64,000 nucleotides of DNA, taken from assembly GCA_951406725.2 (NCBI GenBank), contig OX597827.1, positions 992,001 through 1,056,000 of the forward strand. Reading direction: 5' to 3'. This document shows positions 41,684 to 55,430 of this stretch, piece by piece. The notes below the pieces were generated by a model. That model made no database searches and was not told where the DNA came from. It worked only from the letters and a program-made list of their open reading frames with translations. Position numbers and translations under genes: made by a program. This DNA is from Octopus vulgaris (taxonomy: Eukaryota). Position 1 is the stretch's first letter; each line of letters starts with the position of its first letter.

Positions 41684-42600
41684 CATTAAATTTAAATCTG
41701 ACAATTCTGCAAGGAAGCACGTGTTATGGAAAACCAGAGAACAAAAGAGTCGGCTTCAGTCGATCTCCTGTCTCTCTTATCAGTGGAGCTGTCCATTGAT
41801 ACATTCAGTCTCTTATACATAAAGCAAGCTTCATAAAATGAAAGATTTCTCAACGACAATTGGCTCAGGTGTGGCTCTGTGGTTAAGAAGCTTTTCTCGC
41901 TTCTACCTTTTGTGAGATCAATACAATCGCGCGTCTCTTCGTGCCGGTGTTTTTTCTTATCTCATAGCCTCGGATTGATCAAAACTTTGCGTGTACTATT
42001 CTTATTTAGCAAATGAATATTGTACTTGTCTCTTCTGCGAGGAGGAATTTATAGTTTTGGGAGGGCCGAGTTTATTGCGTTGTGAAAGAAGCAAAACAAA
42101 TAACTGTAGAAATATAACGGAAGTCATATTAACAATATTTCGTATTCTAAGCAACTGTTTACTCAACGAAGACAGTTCAATATGGGTATATTTGTGTTGT
42201 TAATCTTCTCTGCTACCATGTGGTTGCTGATTCGATCCCGATGCGCGGCGTCTTGAACAGATGTATTCATTCAAGACTTTAGACTTAACACTTAATTCCT
42301 TGAGAGTGGAATCTCAGATGAAAGGCCAATCCAGACACATCAGTTTCCTTTTCTTTTCACGGCAAAAAGCTTTTCTAAGCTCTGAGTATTGAACTTACGT
42401 ATCAGTATTCATCACGCCTAAAATATTTAATTTCAAATTAGGAACAGTGCTAAACGTATGATTGATTTTCGATTACGGTTATTGATCGACATCTATGCAC
42501 TTGTGTCTGTGTAGATACCTGTGTGTGTGTGTGTGTGCGTGCGTGTTCATGTATGTGAAGTCCTGTGAGCGCTAATGGTAACATACAATCTAGTACTACC

Positions 42601-43440
42601 TGTTGCTTGGTCGGATTATCGGTGACTGAGCCGGAGTCCCCACCAAGTTAGCCGGATGAAAAAGTTGAAACCCAACAGAACGAATACATCAGGTGTTTAA
42701 ATGAGGGAGAAGGTTAGCAAAGGGTCAACGACTTTCGACTAATAGACAAAAATAGACGAGAACTTAGGACTTTTGTGCTCTAGTCCAGTGCCCTGTCCAT
42801 CTCTTTAGGGTCACCATTCAACCTGCATTGAATATCACCGTCATCTTTGAACTGGTGTCTCTTCTGAGTGTCTTGATCGACTTCAGGATTGAGTTGGTAA
42901 CATGGTGGGTTCTCTTCTTTCTACTTGGTTAGGACCTTTAATCATGGTCAAAGTTTATCTTGGTTGTGTCTTTTCGACAAATATTTCCATTATCATTTCT
43001 GATCTAGTACCCTCTGTCAACACTTTTAAACATGTCACCAATTTCTCTATTGAATTCCTGTTAGTCTTAAGTCTTTATTCTAATAATTTGTTTCCTCGAG
43101 CTCTGCAACTCATCATCGTGTCTTATTTTCCCACAGGACTATGATATTCATCCCTTTAAGCTTTCTAACAATTGATATCTTTAAGTCCTTGCTTTTGCTT
43201 CCACGAAGTTTCGTACACTACAGTGGTCTCAAGTCTTGTCTGGGACAAAATCGACAAAACCTTACACCAATGAGAGGGTGACACCTCTAAATTTTCATTG
43301 TAGCATGTCTCTAGAAAACTGTTACTCCATTGTAAAAACTGTGAACATTGCTAAGGAAAATATCTTGCAGCAACTTGTCTAATGAGAGATGTTATCGATT
43401 TGCACAACCGTTTAAGCTTTGAAATGTTTGACTAGAGAAG
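42601..43440 (-). mobile_element. Possible highly decayed LTR retrotransposon 3' end (integrase tail and ~200 bp LTR)
   Basis: Minus strand KSVDRGY*IRNDNGNICRK weakly resembles a Gypsy integrase C-terminus; a purine run precedes TG...CA at 42799-42601. Confidence 0.35.
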
Positions 43441-43705
43441 GTAGAAGTATGTAAAGATTATCTTACATAACTACTAGGAACACGCGTATTAAATGCATTC
43501 ACAATATCAACATTTTTTGTCTCTATTTTGATACGTACATACATACATGCATGCATATATACATATATACATATATACATACATATGTACATACATATAA
43601 ACACACACACATATATATATGTTTAGATATCTGTATATATATGTATATGCATATATAGATACACATGCATATACATTTACAAGTACACACAAGTGGGTGT
43701 GTGTG

Positions 43706-43754
<49 letters not shown>

Positions 43755-43757
<3 letters not shown>

Positions 43758-43955
43758 ATCCAAACATGAAAGCGCAAAAAACACAACAACGCGAGGACGT
43801 GGAGCACAAATATAGTATTATTGGACGCTCAGGAAAGAAGGAAAGAAGGAGGGTTTAACGTTTCGAGCGGAGCTCTTCGTCGGAAACATAGGAGAAGGAA
43901 AGATCCAGAGAAGGGAAGACAGAGGGAAAAAAATCGCCAACGGTACACACGCGGT
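43755..43955 (-). mobile_element. Short Penelope-like terminal fragment with minimal hammerhead (43854-43888)
   Basis: Minus strand GTTT-CCGACGA-A-GAGC TCC GCTC-GAAAC-GTT-AAAC, followed by the CCTGAGCGT...AATAC tail seen in sister copies. Confidence 0.7.
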
Positions 43956-45989
43956 CACACACACACACACACAGAAATCTATAATTGAATAAATATATTT
44001 TTTACTTTCTTTGTCTTTATTTTCAGGGTCAGTTGCCATCCAGTATTGCGTGCACAGACAAACCAAAACCAACACCTCGCAGTCGAAGGGTTGACCTCAA
44101 ATCTCCTGTAAATAATTCAATGACGCAAACAGCACAGCAGTGTCAAACTTAGATGCCGGACCAAATTTTCAAAGACTCAGTCTTCGAGAAACACGATTCC
44201 AATCATATAAAATATAAAAAACAAAATCCATTCAGAAACATGCCACGAGACAACAGAAAGGGATGACACGAAAGACACCAAACGTTTGGCTATGAGAACA
44301 ATGCATGTATATGCTTTTATCTGCGACGTCTGAAACACTATAACGATCTCAAGGAACTCGTTAAATTCAGTTTCGTTATAACAAAATGATTATCATGTTA
44401 TTATGTAAGTTGCGGTAGAAGTAATTTCAGCAGATAATTTTCTATTTCGTTAATCTTATAATCCCAAATTGTAAAACTGACTACTCAGGATTCTTGGCAT
44501 GACTCAGTTACGTCGTAACTCTCAGACCTAACAATAATCGTTTCTCATTTAACTCTTTGACTGTCCAAAGCATTTTTATAAGTTTGTCCTAAACGTCCGT
44601 GCTTATTTCCTGACTTTTAGTTAGCTCTTGTTTCATTCGTTCTGCGTAATATAAAACATTACTTTCATAAGTCTTGAGTTATCCTGTTAGATGAAAAAAA
44701 AACTGGGAATGTGTATCATATATGATGCATAGACACCAAGGAAATATATTCTGTATATCACATGTAATATACAGGACAGGCAAAGAGTTTAACACAAGGC
44801 CAGCAATTTTGAGAGCAGAGTTTAGTCAGTATCATCGACTCCAGTACTTTACTGGTGCTTTGTCGTACGGACCAAGTTGCAGTGTTGACTTCGATTGAAG
44901 AGCTAGAACAATTACTGCAAGGCATTTTCTCAACGCTCTAACGATCCAGCCAGGTTGCCGCTGTTGAGAGAATAAATTATTTGGAGACACCATCTGCATG
45001 AGAAACAATAATCGAATTAATGTTCACACATTTAACGTGGAGAGCATTAAGGCCTAACTAGATATAAAACATATCGCAGATCAACAATTAGCCTAAGATT
45101 ATTATTACTTTTGGTGATAATTGCGGATTATATATTTCAGTTCTAGTCTCACCTCATCAATTAAGCATAGACTTCAGCATAATTACTACTTGGGGTTCAT
45201 TATAAAGTCCTTGAGCAATTTCAGATTTGCATAATTTTCGTTTTATATTCGGTAAAATTCACCCCCGAAAAGGATAAAGAAACGCGTTATAAACGTTTAA
45301 AATGAATTTTAATTATAGAAATCTTGATGCTTCTGAGATTCTTAGAATACGGTTTTTGCTGTTGATTTTCAGTTATATAAATTCACAGAGAGTTACTCTG
45401 GTTTTCAGGTCATCTTTGGAACGATGCTTAATTGAATAAACTGAAATGTATAAATCTCCTTATAAAACAGTTAAAATATTTATTAGCTATGTAAAAATAG
45501 TAATTAGCACATCACTAAGGTTTTTGATTGCTGACGATGAAGGATACACCAAGCTTCAAAATGTTCATTTGAGATTAAAATCTAAAATTGCCCAAGTACC
45601 ATAGTTGATGGCATTATGACGAACTTTCTCTAAAACAAAACAAAAAAAAAAAGAATAGCAAGAGTTTCAAAGAAACCATCCCACATCTTACATGCAAAAT
45701 TGGGCCTCCCCTAAGCTAATTTTCTCCCTGACGCTCACTACTACAAGTTAATTTTAATGCAGATGGTCTCTTCTACCTAGCGTGACTTCATAATAATAAT
45801 AATAATAATAATATTTACTTTTTACATACAGTAAGGTACTTATGTAATGCTTTGCAATGTACTGCAAGATCACTTTAAATATTACAATAGTACCTGCTTT
45901 AATGAACTAAAAACTACTTTTCTTGAATCTTCGTTGCTGAAATTGGGTTGTGTCAATATACCCGTGTGTCTTTTACGCTATCAAATACA

Positions 45990-46048
<59 letters not shown>

Positions 46049-47320
46049 ATGACTTTGTGTTACGGTGAAAGAATCACAAGACAAAGACCAAATCAAACCG
46101 GAGTTATCGACATATATGCTTGAACATAAAATGACAATAATCTTAGTCGCGGACTAATTATTCGCATTATTATTTCTTGTTAACTTTTTAATGTTTTCTG
46201 AAATAAATATTTTAACCTCTAACATGTTTAAATGATTAAATAATTATTTTGTAACATCTAATTGCACTCGATCCAGTGAATAGGATCCCTCATATTCGTT
46301 GTGTCTATACATTTTGAACGTGTGCATGTGAGTATACTTTTTATTGGTAGTTCCATCGTTTATTTAATAGGCGATATATGTAGACACGAGCATAGATACA
46401 TGATGCAAATAGATGCCTGAGATTCTTTTGTGAATAGATGCACACTCTTGGATGTAATGCACCGACAGCTCAACCAACGGATCAACTCAACCAACGGATC
46501 AACTGAACCACACATTTACAACTACCGAGTACTCTCTGAACTTATGTTGCTTTGTTAGAGGCCGGCTTGAACTCTCTAAAGAAGAACTTAAATTAAACTC
46601 AAAGAAAAATCATCCATCCGACCGTCCGCCCATCCGTCCGTCCATCCATACATCATATAAACATAGTGTCGACGTCTGTCATGCTTACAGAAGATGTGGG
46701 TTCGATTCTCGCGGGCAGCCTTCGAATTTTTCCCTCCACAGAGATTTTTAGCCTAATATCTACGTGCTACTATTATAGCGTTATGCTGCCGTACAGTGGG
46801 ACTGAATCCAGGATTACGTGGTTGCAAAGTGAATTTCTAAACCACACAACCATGACTGCTTATACATGTATGCGGATGTAACTGTTTGTATATGTATGTG
46901 CGTGTATGTGTGTGTTTGTGTATGTATATGTGTGAGCGTGTGCGTCATTGTGTGCATGTGTGTGTGATTGTGTGCATGTGTGTGTGATTGTGTGCATGGC
47001 TTAGTGGTCAGGGTAATCAGCTCACGATGGCAGAGGTAGATGGTAGAATCGGAGTGCTCGATAAAATACCTTGTGGTGTGTGTTGCGTGTGCATATGTGT
47101 ATATGTTGTGTGATTGCACGTGTGTGTGTTGTGTATGGATGTGTGTGTGTATATGTGTGTGTTGTGTGTGCATATGTGTGTGTGTTGTGTGTGTTTGTGT
47201 GTATTCTGCTAACTCTGTTGCCTTTTAAATATAAGACATGAAATTCACTTCGATGTGTGTTCGTTTTTCTGTTCGTTATTTTCGTCATCTAACAATTTGT
47301 TCAGAAAAAAAAAAAAAAAA

Positions 47321-47389
<69 letters not shown>

Positions 47390-48106
47390 TACCACAGACG
47401 ACTCAGAAACAGTAGAAAGCCAGACTAAGTCCTTTTTTTTTTTTTTTAGTATTTCTATTTTCTACCATTTAGTTAACATCCCTTGGAAGATCGGAGCTGA
47501 AATCGTGCCTGAGACAACATCAATTTCCTTGTTTTATTTCATTGCCGATAAAATATCTATCAAATACTGTTCCCAATATCGATTTAGTTGAATGTATAGT
47601 TGCCCCCTCTCCACAGACACACACGTACTAGAAACGTCTTGGTCTTCTCTCTCGGTGTAAGATATCAATAAGACGGCCATATGCTTATTGACTTCAATAT
47701 TTCTACCCACCCGCTTCTCCGCCGGTTTTATCATCTGAACGATACATGTTGGACAGGAAATGTTATTGGTTTTGGAGAAAATCCCGAGATTATTTCGAAG
47801 CTTTAGATTAGGTTTCATTGGTTGTTTTCTAAATTCTAAATTTTCTGGTGTCAGATTTTAGCGAAAAATCTACGTTAAATTTCTGTGAAGGTTTGCCAGT
47901 CATTGGTATCATCTTTTTTTTCCCCCCCTTTTTAATGCAATCTAATATATTTTTGTATAATGGCTGCTCTGACTCAGATATGTAAGCAGTTCTTTAACAT
48001 GGGATGTATTTCTGGTTAGTGTCGATGACTATTCAGAGCTGAAGTAGATTTTAATCTTCTCAGAGGGTTCTAGTTTCTGGGATGACGTTTTGTCAATGAT
48101 ATAGAT

Positions 48107-48364
48107 CAGTAGTTTTAAACTATTTTTTGCCTTTCGTTCCTTTTGATTTCCTATTTTATCTTACTGGACCTCCATTGCCAGTCAATGTTTTAAAAGAGTC
48201 CTGTTATATTTTTAATATCAAATATTATTAGGAATTGCACAACAAAACTGTAAAAATATTTTTTCTATTGTAGATGTGTAAGCAATGTATTGCACATGAA
48301 TCTTAACAACAAAATCTCATATGGACCCCACAAGGGTCATACGAACCCCAGTTGAGAACCGCTG
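48107..48364. mobile_element. hAT-type MITE
   Basis: TIRs CAGTAGTTTTAAAC / GTTGAGAACCGCTG; 8-bp TSD ATATAGAT / TTATAGAT. Confidence 0.75.
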
Positions 48365-48662
48365 TTATAGATGTATGGCTTCCTTGAGAATCCTTTGTGG
48401 GTTTTTGTGCCGATGACTGTTGCAAACTTCACTTTTATCAGAATTTTCAAGGGCGAGAGAACGCTGTTGTGAGACATATGCAGACAAATATCTGAAAGAT
48501 TTGTCTAATGGGAAGGAATAGTGGGAGTCAGAGATGTACTTGTATCCTTGAACTTTCTTATTGCTCTGGGCTTCATCATCGTCATCAATCCCTAGAAATT
48601 ACTTGTGCCCTAGGATTCGTAGACCTGATCATCCAGTTTCTATGGCGTATGTCACCGGGATC

Positions 48663-48980
48663 GTGGATGCGCAATGGCCCAGTGGTTAGGGCAGCGGACT
48701 CGCGGTCGTAGGATCGCGGTTTCGATTCCCAGACCGGGCGTTGTTGTGAATGTTTATTGAGTGAAAACACCTAAAGCTCCACGAGGCTCCGGCAGGGGGG
48801 GGGTGATCCCTGCTGAACTCTTTCACCACAACTTTCTCTCACTCTTTCTTCTGTTGGCTTACTCGCTTAGCCAGCGGGGTGGCGTCATTGAAGGCTAAAA
48901 CAATGCGAAGCGCATTGTGACCAGCGATGTGTAGCAACATCTGATGGGCTGGTCGGTCACGTGATCACGTGATCACGTGA
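48663..48980 (+). mobile_element. SINE family C (tRNA-Arg-like head)
   Basis: A box TGGCCCAGTGG, anticodon-like GACTCGC, B box GTTTCGATTCC, (CACGTGAT)n tail. Confidence 0.88.
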
Positions 48981-50004
48981 TGTCACCAGGATCACAACAT
49001 TCTCCATGCAGGGGACGTCAGTTGGTCGCAGGGTTATTCATTTAGAGCGGAGTGGACAACAGCGATGTGAGACGAAATGCTTTGCTCAAGAACACAACGT
49101 ACCGCCCGGCCTGGCAATCGAAACGACAATCTTGCGATCGCTAGTGCAACATCCCAACCAATAAGCCACTCGCTTTATCACTCTGGCTTTGGGGAATTTA
49201 AAATAAGAACAAAAAGAGGTCAACTATTGATTTTGCTCGACAATCATGGATAGAGATAAATAGGCATTTCCAAACGCCAATAGATTTCGAACCAGCAAAG
49301 CGGATAATCAATGGAACAATAAATCAAATAATAAAACATACTAAAAACAGCGAGACCCAACTTTTTGGTGGTCGAATGTTCTAGATGAGGGGGAACGATT
49401 AATCCAAAATTAGGGCCGTGATAACATAAAATCTGATGTCCGTTATCAGATCTCTCCTGATTTATTAGTAACTATAAACATTAAATGAACGAATACTAAG
49501 CGATGATGTGTGTTTGAGAAGAAGAGCGTCGAACAAAATACCACCAATATTTGTTTCAGTAAATGTTTTCATTGAATAACTTAATAAATACGAAGAAGGT
49601 TGATGGTAGGATTGGAGTACCCGAGAAAATACTCTGTGGTACTCGGCTACCTCCGCTTATATTATGAGCTCAAATTCCACCTCGGTCTAGTTTCACTTTC
49701 ATCCTTCCAATACCGATGACACTGGCGATTGATGTACTTGCCTGAAGCCCGGATGACGGTGCTCCAGAATGACCACAATCCCAAGACTGATAGTAGTAAA
49801 AGAATAAGAAAAAATTTTGTTTTTTTTCCATATTTTGTACTTGTTTCAGTCATTATACTGCGGCCATGCTGGGGCACCGCGTAAACGTATTTAAGTCGAA
49901 CAAATCGACTTCAGTACTTTTGGGGTTTTTTTCACTTTTATCTGGTATTTATTTTATCGATTGCCAAGCAGTAGAGTGGACAAAACCACATTAACCCCCA
50001 CCCC

Positions 50005-50047
<43 letters not shown>

Positions 50048-50619
50048 GTAAGCGATGGTCTGCCACGCAGTTTCCGTTTTCCAAATTCACTGATAAGGCA
50101 TTGGTCAGCCTGAGTAGAAAACTAGAAAAAACACCTATGGTACAACGCTGTGGAACTGAACCCGAAACCCCATCTCCGTGAGAGATATGTATGCACGTGT
50201 GCGCGTTGGTGTATTTGCATGGTTGTATAGCGCAGGCGTGACCAGGTAGTGAAGAAGTTTGCCTCAGAATCATGAGACTCTGGTTCGATCTCATACCGTT
50301 GCAACTTCGGTAAGTGTCTTTTGCCATTGCATTGAGCAAACCAGCATTGTGGTTTGTCAGAAACTTGTGGAATCATTTTGGTTGGGTTGCACCTATAATT
50401 TATACTGTGTCATGTTGATTTTGCATCAGAATTACATTAAGGGCTCACATAAGGGCTCACATTAGCAATAATTCAATTGTAATTTGGTTGCCGGAACAAC
50501 TAGAATAGTCATCGTCGAAACCAAAGGAGGATCCCACCCTGTGAATGTGTCTGTGGTGCATGTAAGTATGAATGTAAATGTGTATGTTTGCGCGTGTGTC
50601 TACATGTGTGTGAGCACCA

Positions 50620-51460
50620 ATCATCTACAAACTGCGGTCAGCAGGATTTTCTGAATGGTACGCTGACAAAAATTTCCACGAGTTTTTTTAACGGTGCGCT
50701 CCACCAGATGACGATAATTGATGTTTAGTGCGGCCCGCCTGATGATGATCCATATCTAATGCAGCCCGCCTGATGATGATCCATATCTAATGCAGCCCGC
50801 CTGATGATGATCCATATCTAATGCGGCTCGCCTGATGATGATCCATATCTAATGCAGCTCGTCTGATGATGATCCATATCTAATGCAGCTCGCCTGATGA
50901 TGATCCATATCTAATGCAGCTCGTCTGATGATGATCCATATCTAATGCAGCTCGCCTGATGATGATCCATATCTAATGCAGCCCGCCTGATGATGATCCA
51001 TATCTAATGCAGCCCGCCTGATGATGATCCATATCTAATGCAGCTCGTCTGATGATGATCCATATCTAATGCGGTCCGCCTGATGATCCATATCTAATGC
51101 AGCTCGCCTGATGATGATCCATGCCTAATGCAGCTCGCCTGATGATGATCCATGTCTAATGCGGCTCGCCTGATGATGATCCATATCTAATGCAGCTCGC
51201 CTGATGATGATCCATATCTAATGCGGCTCGCCTGATGATGACCCATATCTAATGCAGCTCGCCTGATGATGATCCATGCCTAATGCAGCTCGCCTGATGA
51301 TGATCCATATCTAATGCAGCTCGCCTGATGATGATCCATATCTAATGCAGCTCGCCTGATGATGATCCATGTAAAATACGGCCCGCTTGATGATGATCCA
51401 TGCTTAATAATGAACCATGTCTAATGCGGCCTGTTTCTCGGAAAAAGGTTGTCCATGTTT
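50620..51460 (+). mobile_element. hAT-like MITE containing an expanded minisatellite
   Basis: Both ends are homologous to the reverse complement of 53543-53688. Confidence 0.72.
50729..51432. repeat. 31-bp minisatellite, ~22 copies, consensus GCAGCTCGCCTGATGATGATCCATATCTAAT
   Basis: Direct head-to-tail repeats without spacers; few variant positions; one unit lacks a TGA. Confidence 0.96.
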
Positions 51461-51829
51461 GGTATACACATTTTCTCGTGTGTGTATGTGTGTATGCACC
51501 ATTTCCTCTGTATAGATGTGTGTTTCAATGAGCGTGGGGTGGGTGTATGTGCTCGTTTGCATGTGTGTGTGTGTGAGTGTGTGCGTGTGCGCGTGTGTGT
51601 GAGTGCGTAAATTTATGTGTATGTGTGTACGTGCGTGTTTATTTATGTATGCGTGTTGTTTTGTCTTTTCCCACAATTGTGTTACGCACGTTTTCAATGA
51701 ATAGGTGTGTGTGTGTGTGTGTGTGTGTGTTATACATACCGTTACACTGTACAAGAACAACATTCTGAGTGTCTGGTACTGCCATCTATCCAGAACCCCG
51801 GAGGAATCACGCGCAAGAACAAAACTGCA

Positions 51830-52792
51830 CCTCCAAAACAACAACAGCAACAATAACAACAACACAAAGAACAAGAAGACTAGTAACAACAACAATGCCA
51901 AAAGCACCAACGGAATTAATACCAAAAACAACTGTAAAACCAATACCATCCAGTTCCAACGCTCAAAGCACCACCAACCACCACCAACACCACCGCGAAC
52001 AGCAACAACAACAACAGTAACATCAATAACAGTAACAACGACACCGAAATAATATCAACATCACCAACATCAATATCACCACGACCACCACCAGTGACTA
52101 CAAAAACACCACCGTCTCCACCACTACCACCACCCTTAACAAGAACAACAACACTAATTAGAACAATGCCGCCACCACTAACAGCAAGAACAAAAGTACC
52201 CTCAACCACCACCACCACCACCACCTCAACCACCACCAAACTACCACCACCACTACCACCACCTCCACCACCACCAAACTACCTCCACCACCACCACCAC
52301 CACCTCCAAACTACCTCCACCACCACCACCACCACCACCACCACCTCCACCACCACCACCACCACCACCACCAAACTACCACCAAAGTCGGTCTCTCCTC
52401 CGTATTCGTCTCCCTGTTTATCCCTCTCCGGGCCCCAAAGACGCCATCTTTTCCAGTGTGAGGTTTCTAGTGTCATGCCAACGGCTTGAAACAAGGAGCT
52501 AATTAACGAGCAGAACTTACTAATTAATTTGGCTCACGAGTGGACAGCAGACGTGGTGGTGGTGGTGGTGGTATGGTAGTAGCACTGGTGGTTGTAGTAG
52601 TAGTAGTAGTAGCAGTAGTAGTAGTTGTAGTATTGGTGGTTGTGGCAGTAGTGGTCATAGTGATGGTGGTGGTGGCAGTAGAGGTGGTAGCGATGGTAGC
52701 AGTGGCGGTGGTAGTGGTGGTAGTGATGGCGGCGGTAATAGAAGTAGCAGCGGCTGCAGCAGCAGCAGCAGCATTAGTAGTAGTAGTAATAC

Positions 52793-52826
<34 letters not shown>

Positions 52827-53124
52827 GGTGGTGGTGGTGGTGGTGGTGTAAGTGATGGTAGTTGCAGTAGTACTAGTTGTAGTGGTGTTAGTGGAGGAGA
52901 CGGTGGTGTGATGGTAATAGTGATAGTGGTGGTAGTGATGAGGATGGCTTTGGTGGTAGTAATGGTGGCAGTGATGATGATGATGATGAGGAGGAGGAGG
53001 AGGAGGAGGAGAAGAAAAGGAGTACGATGATGATGATGATATGTTGGCTATGGAGTTGTAGTTTTAGTGTTATTGCTTTTGTTGGTGAAGATAATGAAGA
53101 GTGGTAACTTTTTCTGGTGAGTGT

Positions 53125-53169
<45 letters not shown>

Positions 53170-53200
53170 TAGTAGTAGTAGTGGTGGTGGTGGTAGAGGT
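51830..53200. repeat. Triplet-repeat field: (CAA/CAC)n left, (GTG/GTA)n right
   Basis: Direct inspection; unique island at 52385-52552. Confidence 0.9.
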
Positions 53201-53542
53201 GGTGTAGTGACAGTTCAACACTGGTGAGGATGTTTGTGTACGAGTGTGAATGAGACACAGATAGAGAGACTGAGAGTGATTGAGAGACCAAGAGGCAGCG
53301 ACTGAAAGAGAGAGAACAGGTGAGATCAGTAAAAGAGTGTTATATGCACTCTTAATCATGTCGCCGATGTTTTTTTTTTAACACCAGGTCAGCCGCCACA
53401 ACCGAATAGATTTCCAATGCACGTGAGAATCAAAAGCACGTTACCCAAGATTATCCAAAAGTTACCCAAATGATCCTAGCGTGTGATGTAACCTGAAGGG
53501 TTTCGATACAATTTCTTACAAATCGAGCGGCCACGTAGAAAA

Positions 53543-53688
53543 GACATGGGCAACCTTTTTCTCGAGAAGTGGACCGCAAGAAAGATGGTTCCTCATCAGG
53601 TTGGCCGACCTACTACTAAAAACTTCTAGGAGATTTTTCGTTGGCGTACAATTCCATAAGTCTTGCGGGCCGTAGTTTGCCCATGCAG
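53543..53688 (-). mobile_element. hAT-like MITE (~145 bp), unexpanded relative of 50620-51460
   Basis: TIRs CATGGGCAACCT / AGTTTGCCCATG, with a subterminal GCGGGCCG motif. Confidence 0.72.
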
Positions 53689-54177
53689 ACGGTGAAAAAT
53701 ATATTGATTTCAAATTTTGGCTCAAAGCCAGCAATTACAGGAGAGGGCATGAGGTCATAAATCGATAACATTGACACTCGGTTCGCAATCATGAGGTAGT
53801 GAGTTCGATTCCCGGACCGAGCTGTGTGTTGTGTTCTTGAGTTAGTTATTTCATGTTGCTCCAGTTGACTCTGCTGTAGAAATGAGTTGCGACGTCACAG
53901 GTGCCAACCTGTATCGACCTTTGCCTTTCCTTTGAAGAGAGGAGGCTGGTATGTATGGGCGATTACTGATCTTCCATAATCAACCTTGCCCAAACTTGTG
54001 CTTCGGAGAGTAACTTTCTAGGTGCAATCCCATGGTCATTCATGACCGAGTGTGTGTGTGTGGGTCTTTAACCTTTAGTGCTCAACTGGTACTTATTTTA
54101 TCAATCCCGAAAGGATAAAAGGCAAATTCGATTTCAGTCGAATTTGAACTCATAGTGTAAAGACGGACGAAATACCT

Positions 54178-54408
54178 ATTTCTTTACTACCCACAATGGG
54201 ATAAACATAGAGGGTACAAACAAGGACAGACAGACGGATTGAGTCGATTATATCGTCCCCAGTGCGTAACTGGTACTTAATTTATCGACGCCGGAAGGAT
54301 GAAAAGCAAAGTCGACCAAGGCGGAATTTGAACTCAGAACGTAATGTCAGACGAAATACCGCTAAGCATTTCGCCCGGCGTGCTAACGTTTCTGCCAGCC
54401 CGCCGCCT
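54178..54408 (-). mobile_element. SINE family B (nested in an older copy; a further + copy at ~54437-54645)
   Basis: Reverse complement of the family B consensus. Confidence 0.85.
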
Positions 54409-54834
54409 TAGAAAAGTGGCTATAATAGAAGACGTTAAGCGGTAAACTGGCGGAATCGTTACCGCACCGGGCAAAAATGCATAACGGCATTTCGCTTGTC
54501 TTTTACGTTCTGAGTTCAACTTCTGCTGAGGTCCACTTTATCTTTCATCCCTTCAAGGTCGATAAAGTAAGAACCAGTTGTGCAATGGAATCGATTTAAT
54601 CAACTTAGCTCCTCCTTCGAAATTGCTGGCTTTGTGCCAAAATTTGAAGCCTATATTAAAAAGAGTGAGTGTATGTATGTGTGCGTGCAAGTGTGTGTGC
54701 CTTTGCGTTTTTTGTGTAGTGTCTGTGGTAGAATATGAACTAGGTACGTTGTTTTAGAGTTAATAGTCCAATTCTGCGATGGTTTAGGTTAATAACTTTA
54801 TAACCAACAAGAATTCTGTCAAGAGCACAGTTAC

Positions 54835-55237
54835 TCTTTTACTCTTTTACTTGTTTCAGTCATTTGACTGTGGCCATACTGGAGCACCGCCTTTAGTCTA
54901 GCAAATCGACCCCAGGACTTATTCTTTATAAGCCTAGTACTTACTTTATTGGTCGTGTTTGCCGAACCGCTAAGTTACGGGGACGTAAACACACCAGCAT
55001 CGGTTGTCAAGCGATGTGGGGGGGGGGGGGCGAACACAGATACACAAACATATACACACACATACATATATATACATATACACAACGGGCTTCTTTCAGT
55101 TTCCGCCAACCAAATCCACCCACAAGGCTTTGGTCGGTACGAGGCTAAAGTAGAAGACACTTGCCCAAGCTGCCACGCAGTGGGACTGAACCCGGAACCA
55201 TGTGGTTCGTAAGCAAGCTACTTACCACACAGCCACT
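54835..55237 (-). mobile_element. SINE family A
   Basis: Near full-length reverse copy. Confidence 0.88.
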
Positions 55238-55430
55238 GTCCAATTTAAGTTGGGAGACAAGACCCAACACTTCCTCAACAGCAGAGAAAATATACTTCGT
55301 CCTCACATCTTCCCCCTCTCCCCATCTCCCCTACTATCCTGCATCTTACGCAACCACATTGCGTTAGCTGTTATTCCCCGTTTATTGTTACTCTGTTGCG
55401 TGTGTATATCTATGTATGTATATTTATATA

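Noticed and set aside
41750-41795. Further hammerhead (minus strand CTGATAA...GAAGC)
   Set aside because: Two core mutations and no convincing stems.
48663-48740. tRNA-Arg gene
   Set aside because: The tRNA-like head lacks a proper acceptor stem and continues into a body repeated five times in the window, so it is a SINE.
50729-51432. 31-bp array as CRISPR, hammerhead array or C/D-box snoRNA cluster (contains CTGATGA and ATGATGA)
   Set aside because: No unique spacers or cas genes, no GAAA or stems for a hammerhead, and the C/D-like words overlap within a TGA triplet. It is explained as a MITE-internal minisatellite.
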